Source of the DNA: an uncultured Gemmatimonadales bacterium
GTDB taxonomy: Bacteria; Gemmatimonadota; Gemmatimonadetes; Longimicrobiales; RSA9
Direction of reading: 5' to 3'
DNA: 64,000 nucleotides
NCBI GenBank assembly: GCA_963783305.1
Contig: CAWAMW010000016.1
Location: forward strand, 704,001-768,000
Both the position numbers and the translations under genes were made by a program. Below the pieces are notes generated by a model that worked only from the letters and a program-made list of their open reading frames with translations, did no database searches and had not been told where the DNA came from. The number at the start of each line of letters is the position of its first letter. The first letter of the stretch is position 1. Below, in pieces: positions 58,540-64,000 of this stretch.

Positions 58540-59771
58540 CGATGAGGCATACGCCTCCGGAGCCCATCGGCGGGCCCATCCTGACGAAGCCATTCCTGGT
58601 GATGAGCGGGCTGCTGGCCGGCGCGCTCGTGCTGCTGGCCTACCGGTTCTGGGCGGGGCTGGGGCCGGTGACGGGGCTCTCGGACGGGTACCCGTGGGGG
58701 ATCTGGATCGCCTTCGACGTGGTGGTCGGCACGGCGCTGGCCACGGGCGGGTATGCCATCGCGATCCTGGTCTACCTGCTGAACAACGGGAAGTACCACC
58801 CGCTGGTGCGCCCCGCGTTGCTGACGAGCGCCCTCGGCTACTCGCTGGGGGCGATCGGTGTCGTCATCGACATTGGTCGGTGGTGGAACGTCTACGCGCT
58901 GCCGTACCGGTTCTGGGACTGGAACCTGAACTCGGTGCTGCTGGAGGTGGCGCTCTGCATCATGCTGTACCTGGCGGTGCTCTGGATCGAGGTGTCGCCT
59001 TTCCTGCTGGAGAAGTGGGAGCACGGGGGGAACGAGCGGATGGCGCGGTTCAGCCGGTGGGCGCTGCCGAAGCTCCGGAGGGCGATGCCGTGGATCATCG
59101 CGCTCGGGCTGTTGCTGCCCACGATGCACCAGTCCTCGCTGGGCTCGCTCATGTTGCTGGCGGGGACGAAGCTGCACCCGCTCTGGTACACGCCCATGCT
59201 GCCGGCGCTGTTCCTCCTGTCGTGCATCGCCATGGGGTATGCGGTGGTGGTGCTGGAGGGGATGACCACGCGGACGGCGTTCGGGCGGCTGCGGGAGACG
59301 CCGGTGCAGGCGGGGCTCACGACCGCGGCGCTCGTGGTCATGGGGCTGTACGTGGTGCTGCGGTTCGGCGACGTGATCTACCGCGGCCACCTGGGCATGC
59401 TGGCGGAGCTCACGCCCATGACGCTCCTGTTCTGGTTCGAGCAGGCGCTCTTCGTCGCGGCCATCGTCCTCCTGGCGCGCCGCGGCGAGAACTACAAGCG
59501 GGGCCATCTGTTTCGGGCGGCCGGGTTCATGGTGCTCGCCGGATCGCTGTACCGCTTTTCGACCTTCCTGATCGCGTTCGACCCCGGCCCGGGCTGGAGC
59601 TATTTCCCGACGATCCCCGAGCTGCTGATCACGGTCGGCCTCGTGGCCGGAGAGATCATGCTGTATCTGGTGATCATCAAGCGGTTCCCCATCGTGGGCG
59701 GAGTGAAGCCGGCGGGCTGGCCGAACGTGCCGGCCCCCATCAGCCCACCCGTCGTTGCTGCCCGCTCCTGA
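58536..59771 (+). CDS. hybB: hydrogenase-2 NrfD/PsrC-type membrane subunit
   Basis: LSDGYPWGIWIAFDV, NSVLLEVALC, PTMHQSSLGSL, KLHPLW. Confidence 0.94.
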   Translation: MTMRHTPPEPIGGPILTKPFLVMSGLLAGALVLLAYRFWAGLGPVTGLSDGYPWGIWIAFDVVVGTALATGGYAIAILVYLLNNGKYHPLVRPALLTSALGYSLGAIGVVIDIGRWWNVYALPYRFWDWNLNSVLLEVALCIMLYLAVLWIEVSPFLLEKWEHGGNERMARFSRWALPKLRRAMPWIIALGLLLPTMHQSSLGSLMLLAGTKLHPLWYTPMLPALFLLSCIAMGYAVVVLEGMTTRTAFGRLRETPVQAGLTTAALVVMGLYVVLRFGDVIYRGHLGMLAELTPMTLLFWFEQALFVAAIVLLARRGENYKRGHLFRAAGFMVLAGSLYRFSTFLIAFDPGPGWSYFPTIPELLITVGLVAGEIMLYLVIIKRFPIVGGVKPAGWPNVPAPISPPVVAARS

Positions 59772-59783
59772 GGAGGAGGACCC

Positions 59784-61496
59784 ATGACGAGAGTCGTCGT
59801 TGACCCGATCACCCGAATCGAAGGGCACCTGCGCGTGGACGTGGAGGTGAACAACGGGCAGGTGACGAACGCGTGGTCGAGCGGGCAGATGTGGCGGGGG
59901 ATCGAGCTGATCCTGGAGGGTCGGGACCCGCGGGAGGCGTGGCTGTTCACGCAGCGGATCTGCGGCGTGTGCACCACGGTGCATGCGATCACGAGCGTGC
60001 GGGCGGTGGAGAACGCGCTCGGTCTCGAGATCCCGCCGAACGCGCAGTACATCCGCAACCTGGTGCTGGTCGCGCACGCGCTGCACGACCACATCGTGCA
60101 TTTCTACCACCTGTCGGCGCTGGACTGGGTGGACGTGACCAGCGCGCTCAAGGCGGACCCCCGCAAGACGGCATCGCTCGCGGAGAGCATCTCGCCCTGG
60201 CCGCGGAACAGCCGTCAGGAGCTGGAGGCGGTGAAGGGGAAGGTGAAGGGGCTGGTGGACAGCGGTCAGCTGGGGATCTTCGCCAATGGCTACTGGGGGC
60301 ACCAGGCCATGCACCTGGAGCCGGAGGTCAACCTGCTGGCGGTGAGCCATTACCTCCAGGCGCTGGAGTTCCAGCGGAAGGCGAACCAGGTGGTGGGCAT
60401 GCTCGGCGGGAAGACGCCGAACATCCAGAACCTGGCGGTGGGGGGTGTGGCGAACGCCATCAACCTGGACAACCAGGCGGCGCTGAACATGGAGAAGCTG
60501 TACTGGATCAAGGAGCTGCTGGCGGAGGTGAAGCAGTTCGTGCAGCAGGTCTATCTCCCCGACCTGATCGCCGTGGGCGCCATGTACCCGGAGTGGCTCG
60601 GCTATGGCGCGGGCGTGACCAACTACATGGCGGTGCCGGACCTGCCGACCGACGCGGCCGGGACCGCGTTCGACCTTCCCGGGGGGACCATCATGGGTGG
60701 CGACCTGTCGACATACCGTCCGATCTCGAAGTTCGGCGACCCGTACTTCGAGGAGAACGTGACCGAGTCGGTGGCGCACGCGTGGTACCAGGGCAAGGAC
60801 ACGCTCCACCCGTACGACGGTGTGACGGAGCCCGATTACACGGATTTCCAGGACAACGGGAAGTACTCGTGGGTGAAGGCGCCGCGCTGGGACGGGAAGC
60901 CCATGCAGGTGGGGCCGCTGGCGCAGGTGCTGGTGGGGTACGCGTCGGGCCACGAGGGAATCCAGCACTGGGCGCGGCACGCGCTGAACACCGCCTCGAG
61001 CATCGCCGGCACGCCGCTGGGTCTCGAGGTGATGCACTCCACGCTGGGGCGGCACCTGGCCCGCGGCATCCGCGCAGCCACCATCGCCGACCTGGCGGAG
61101 AAGCACTGGGGTCTGCTGGCGAACAACATCGGTTCGGGCGACACCGACATTTTCAACCAGCCGGAGTTTCCCAAGGGAGAGATCCGGGGGTTCGGCTTCC
61201 ACGAGGCGCCGCGAGGCGCGCTGAGCCACTGGACGGTCATCAATGACGGCGTCATCAAGAACTACCAGGCCGTGGTCCCGTCCACGTGGAACGCCGGGCC
61301 CCGTGACGAGTACGAGCAGATGGGGCCGTACGAAGCGGCGCTCATGGGCAACCCGGTCGCCGACACGGACCGGCCGCTGGAGGTGCTGCGGACGATCCAC
61401 AGCTTCGACCCATGCCTGGCCTGCGCGATCCATACGCTGGATCCGGAGGGACGGGAGCTTTCCAACGTAATGGCGGTGGATTTCTGCTCGATATGA
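59784..61496 (+). CDS. hybC: [NiFe]-hydrogenase large subunit (group 1c-like)
   Basis: DPITRIEGH, L1 QRICGVCTTVH, L2 SFDPCLACAIH, cleavable C-terminal extension. Confidence 0.96.
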   Translation: MTRVVVDPITRIEGHLRVDVEVNNGQVTNAWSSGQMWRGIELILEGRDPREAWLFTQRICGVCTTVHAITSVRAVENALGLEIPPNAQYIRNLVLVAHALHDHIVHFYHLSALDWVDVTSALKADPRKTASLAESISPWPRNSRQELEAVKGKVKGLVDSGQLGIFANGYWGHQAMHLEPEVNLLAVSHYLQALEFQRKANQVVGMLGGKTPNIQNLAVGGVANAINLDNQAALNMEKLYWIKELLAEVKQFVQQVYLPDLIAVGAMYPEWLGYGAGVTNYMAVPDLPTDAAGTAFDLPGGTIMGGDLSTYRPISKFGDPYFEENVTESVAHAWYQGKDTLHPYDGVTEPDYTDFQDNGKYSWVKAPRWDGKPMQVGPLAQVLVGYASGHEGIQHWARHALNTASSIAGTPLGLEVMHSTLGRHLARGIRAATIADLAEKHWGLLANNIGSGDTDIFNQPEFPKGEIRGFGFHEAPRGALSHWTVINDGVIKNYQAVVPSTWNAGPRDEYEQMGPYEAALMGNPVADTDRPLEVLRTIHSFDPCLACAIHTLDPEGRELSNVMAVDFCSI

Positions 61497-62029
61497 AGAG
61501 AGTGGCGGTGGTGGGACTGGGCAACGTGCTGGTGGGCGATGACGCGTTCGGTCCGTACGTGGTGCGGCTGTTCGACGCGCGCTACGACACGGAGCCAGCG
61601 GTGGAGGTGCTGGATCTGGGCACGCCCGGTCTCGACCTGGCGCCGCACCTGGAGGGGCTCGACGCGCTCGTCGTGGTGGACACGGTGCATTCGGATGGCG
61701 CACCGGGGACCCTCAAGCAGTACGATCGCGAGCAGCTCCTGTCCCGTCCATCGCCGCCGCGAACCAATCCGCATCAGCCGGGTGTGAAGGAGACGCTGCT
61801 CCGGCTCGAGGTGGAGGACCTTTCGCCCCGTGACGTGCTGCTGGTGGGCGTGGTCCCGGAGCGGACGGAGACCGGCGTCGGTCTCACGGACGCGGTGCGC
61901 GACGCGGCGGCCGAGGCGCTGGTGGCGATCGTGGCCGAGCTGGAGCGGCTGGGGGTCGTCGTCACGGCGCGGGAGCCGGAGCGGGACCCCGACATCTGGT
62001 GGGAGCGGCGGCGGGTGGACGTGGCGTAG
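61493..62029 (+). CDS. hybD: hydrogenase maturation protease
   Basis: GLGNVLVGDDAFG, DLGT, VVVD, HQ. Confidence 0.92.
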   Translation: MKRVAVVGLGNVLVGDDAFGPYVVRLFDARYDTEPAVEVLDLGTPGLDLAPHLEGLDALVVVDTVHSDGAPGTLKQYDREQLLSRPSPPRTNPHQPGVKETLLRLEVEDLSPRDVLLVGVVPERTETGVGLTDAVRDAAAEALVAIVAELERLGVVVTAREPERDPDIWWERRRVDVA

Positions 62030-62229
62030 GGGGCCGGCCCACCGCCCGGAGCGCGCCCGACGCCGGCGGTTTGTTCCGCACGGACCATAGGTAAAATCCA
62101 CCACGACACGTCGCGAGGTTCCCCCCGCACGAAGTTCTTCATCTCCCCCCACAGACTCCCCCACGGCGTGCCGATATCCTAGGGCGCACGCATCGCAGAC
62201 ATCACCGGCAGGTGACCCAGGGGGGGTAA

Positions 62230-63417
62230 ATGGAACCGGACCATCGTCCGGCGGCGGGGACCCTTGTGATCGAGGGGCCCGACCGTCGGGAGTTCGTGAA
62301 GAGCATGTGTGTCATGGCAGCGGCGGCCGTGGGCCTCCCTGCAACCGCCGCGGAGGCGTTCGCCCAGACAGTGGCGACGGCGAAGCGGCGTCCTTCCGTG
62401 ATCTGGCTGTCCTTCCAGGAATGCACCGGGTGCACGGAGTCGCTCCTGCGGACCAGCCACCCCCAGCTCGATGAGCTGATCCTGGAGCTGATCTCCCTGG
62501 ACTACCACGAAGCGCTCTCGGTCCCCGCGGGTCACCTGGCGGAGGAGGCGCGCCGGGCGGCCATGGAGGAGAACTCCGGGCGGTACATCCTGGTGGTGGA
62601 GGGCGCGATCCCCACGAAGGATGGCGGGATCTATTGCATGATCGGTGGCCACACGGGGATGGAGATCCTGAAGGAGGCGGCGGAGCACGCGGGCGCGATC
62701 GTGGCCATCGGGTCGTGCGCGGCCTGGGGCGGGATCCCGTCGTCGCCGCCGAACCCCACGGGCGCCACGGGCGCACCGCAGATCCTGACCGACAAGACGG
62801 TCGTGACGCTGCCGGGCTGCCCGCCCAACCCGTACAACCTTCTGGGCACGGTGCTGCAGTATGCGACGTACGGCACGCTGCCGGAGCTCGACGAGAAGGG
62901 CCGGCCGATGTTCGCCTACAAGCGGGTGATCCACGAGGACTGCCCGAGGCGACCGCACTTCGACGCGGGCCGGTTCGCGCGCCAGTTCGGCGACGAGGCG
63001 CACCGTGCCGGTCACTGCCTGTATTACCTGGGGTGCAAGGGGCCGCAGACCTACGCAAACTGCTCGCTCCAGAGCTTCAACGAGCTGACCAACTCCTGGC
63101 CCGTGGGCACGGGCGCGCCGTGCTTCGGGTGCACGGAGGAGGCGGTGGGGTTCAAGCTGGCGCTGCACGAGACGGTGCCCACGATGAACCCCACTCCGTT
63201 CGGAGTGGCGCCGCCCCCGGATGGGAAGATCGGCTCGATAAGCCCGCTGGCCGTGGGCGTCGCTGGCGCGCTGGGTGGTGGTGCGGTGGGTGCGGGTGTC
63301 ATGGCGGCGCTGCGGCTGGACCGGGACGACCGGGTGGTGGGTGTGGCCGGGGAGGAGCCGGTGGACCCGGCGGCGAAGCGGGAGGAGGCGTCGGAGGAGG
63401 TGCCGCATGGGCATTGA
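62230..63417 (+). CDS. hybO: [NiFe]-hydrogenase small subunit, Hyb-type (copy 2)
   Basis: Tat RREFVK; same Fe-S motifs as copy 1; long identical peptide blocks. Confidence 0.95.
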   Translation: MEPDHRPAAGTLVIEGPDRREFVKSMCVMAAAAVGLPATAAEAFAQTVATAKRRPSVIWLSFQECTGCTESLLRTSHPQLDELILELISLDYHEALSVPAGHLAEEARRAAMEENSGRYILVVEGAIPTKDGGIYCMIGGHTGMEILKEAAEHAGAIVAIGSCAAWGGIPSSPPNPTGATGAPQILTDKTVVTLPGCPPNPYNLLGTVLQYATYGTLPELDEKGRPMFAYKRVIHEDCPRRPHFDAGRFARQFGDEAHRAGHCLYYLGCKGPQTYANCSLQSFNELTNSWPVGTGAPCFGCTEEAVGFKLALHETVPTMNPTPFGVAPPPDGKIGSISPLAVGVAGALGGGAVGAGVMAALRLDRDDRVVGVAGEEPVDPAAKREEASEEVPHGH

Positions 63418-64000
63418 CCGGCGCGACTGGCTGAAGGCCATGGGCGGTGCGGCCGCCGTGGTGGCGCTGCCGGGCCGAGCCGCGGCGAGCGAGCCGGCCC
63501 TGCTGTCGGACGAGGTGGCGTATGGACTCCTCTACGACACGACGCTCTGCATCGGGTGCCAGGCGTGCGTGGTGGCGTGCCGGCAGGCGAACGGGGACGA
63601 GAAGGAGGGGCCGCACGCGGCGGCGCAGAACCTGGACTCGGAGACGCGCAACATCATCTACGCGGCGCGCGATGAGTCGGGCGATTTCCTGTCGTACATG
63701 AAGCGGCAGTGCATGCACTGCGCGGAGCCGGCGTGCGCGAGCGCGTGCATGTTCGGGGGTCTGAAGAAGGACGAGCATGGCCGGGTCTGGTGGAACGGCG
63801 ACCTGTGCGTGGGGTGCCGCTACTGCCAGATCGCGTGCCCGTTCGGGGTGCCGCGGTTCGAGTGGGACTCGGCGAACCCCGAGATCGTGAAGTGTGAGCT
63901 GTGCCGACACCGCGACGAGGGGCCCGCGTGCGCGGAGGTGTGTCCCCGTGGCGCGGTGATCACGGGTACGCGGTCGGAGCTGCTGCGGGAGGCCCGTCGC
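63407..64000 (+). CDS. hybA: second HybA-like Fe-S subunit (3' truncated by window edge)
   Basis: Read manually: MGIDRRDWLKAMGG...YGLLYDTTLCIGCQACVVAC...QCMHCAEPACASAC...CVGCRYCQIACP...KCELC. Confidence 0.92.
   Translation, partial: MGIDRRDWLKAMGGAAAVVALPGRAAASEPALLSDEVAYGLLYDTTLCIGCQACVVACRQANGDEKEGPHAAAQNLDSETRNIIYAARDESGDFLSYMKRQCMHCAEPACASACMFGGLKKDEHGRVWWNGDLCVGCRYCQIACPFGVPRFEWDSANPEIVKCELCRHRDEGPACAEVCPRGAVITGTRSELLREARR

Noticed and set aside
59784..61496. [NiFeSe] hydrogenase, given selA in the window
   Set aside because: The L2 motif is DPCLAC with TGC codons; there is no in-frame UGA
3383..61703. Very long antisense ORFs (e.g. 3383-6286, 8875-11589, 23431-26409, 41427-44012, 58440-61703)
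   Set aside because: Shadows of real genes caused by high-GC codon bias; Arg/His/Pro-rich with no recognisable motifs

Overview
A very GC-rich bacterial chromosomal segment; the gene content suggests Gemmatimonadota, which is an inference and was not verified. Roughly 1-36 kb is core genome: accD-folC-hisS-proS-lysA-guaA, clpB, trxA, rsmI, a JAB/RadC-domain-fused DinG helicase, valS, selA, gmhB, iscA, an orphan GAF-PAS-GAF histidine kinase and purN-purH. Roughly 36-49 kb is a more accessory block. It holds a candidate sRNA/attenuator, a decaying oxidoreductase operon (frameshifted SDR, DUF296, FAD/Fe-S oxidoreductase, enolase-family remnant with a 24-bp tandem repeat), two ligD genes without an adjacent ku, and a beta-barrel pseudogene. 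Roughly 49-56 kb holds an Rrf2 regulator, aceK, tlpA, a TraR/DksA protein, slyD, a cold-shock gene with a palindromic tandem array upstream, and two saccharopine-dehydrogenase-like genes. The window ends with a complete Hyb-type [NiFe]-hydrogenase operon followed by the start of a paralogous second one. The most striking cross-window pattern is about ten sigma54-type (-24/-12) motifs upstream of mostly stress genes (LEA, BON, ligD x2, trxA, slyD, clpB), suggesting a sigma54-run general stress regulon. No rRNA, tRNA, CRISPR array or transposase was recognised.
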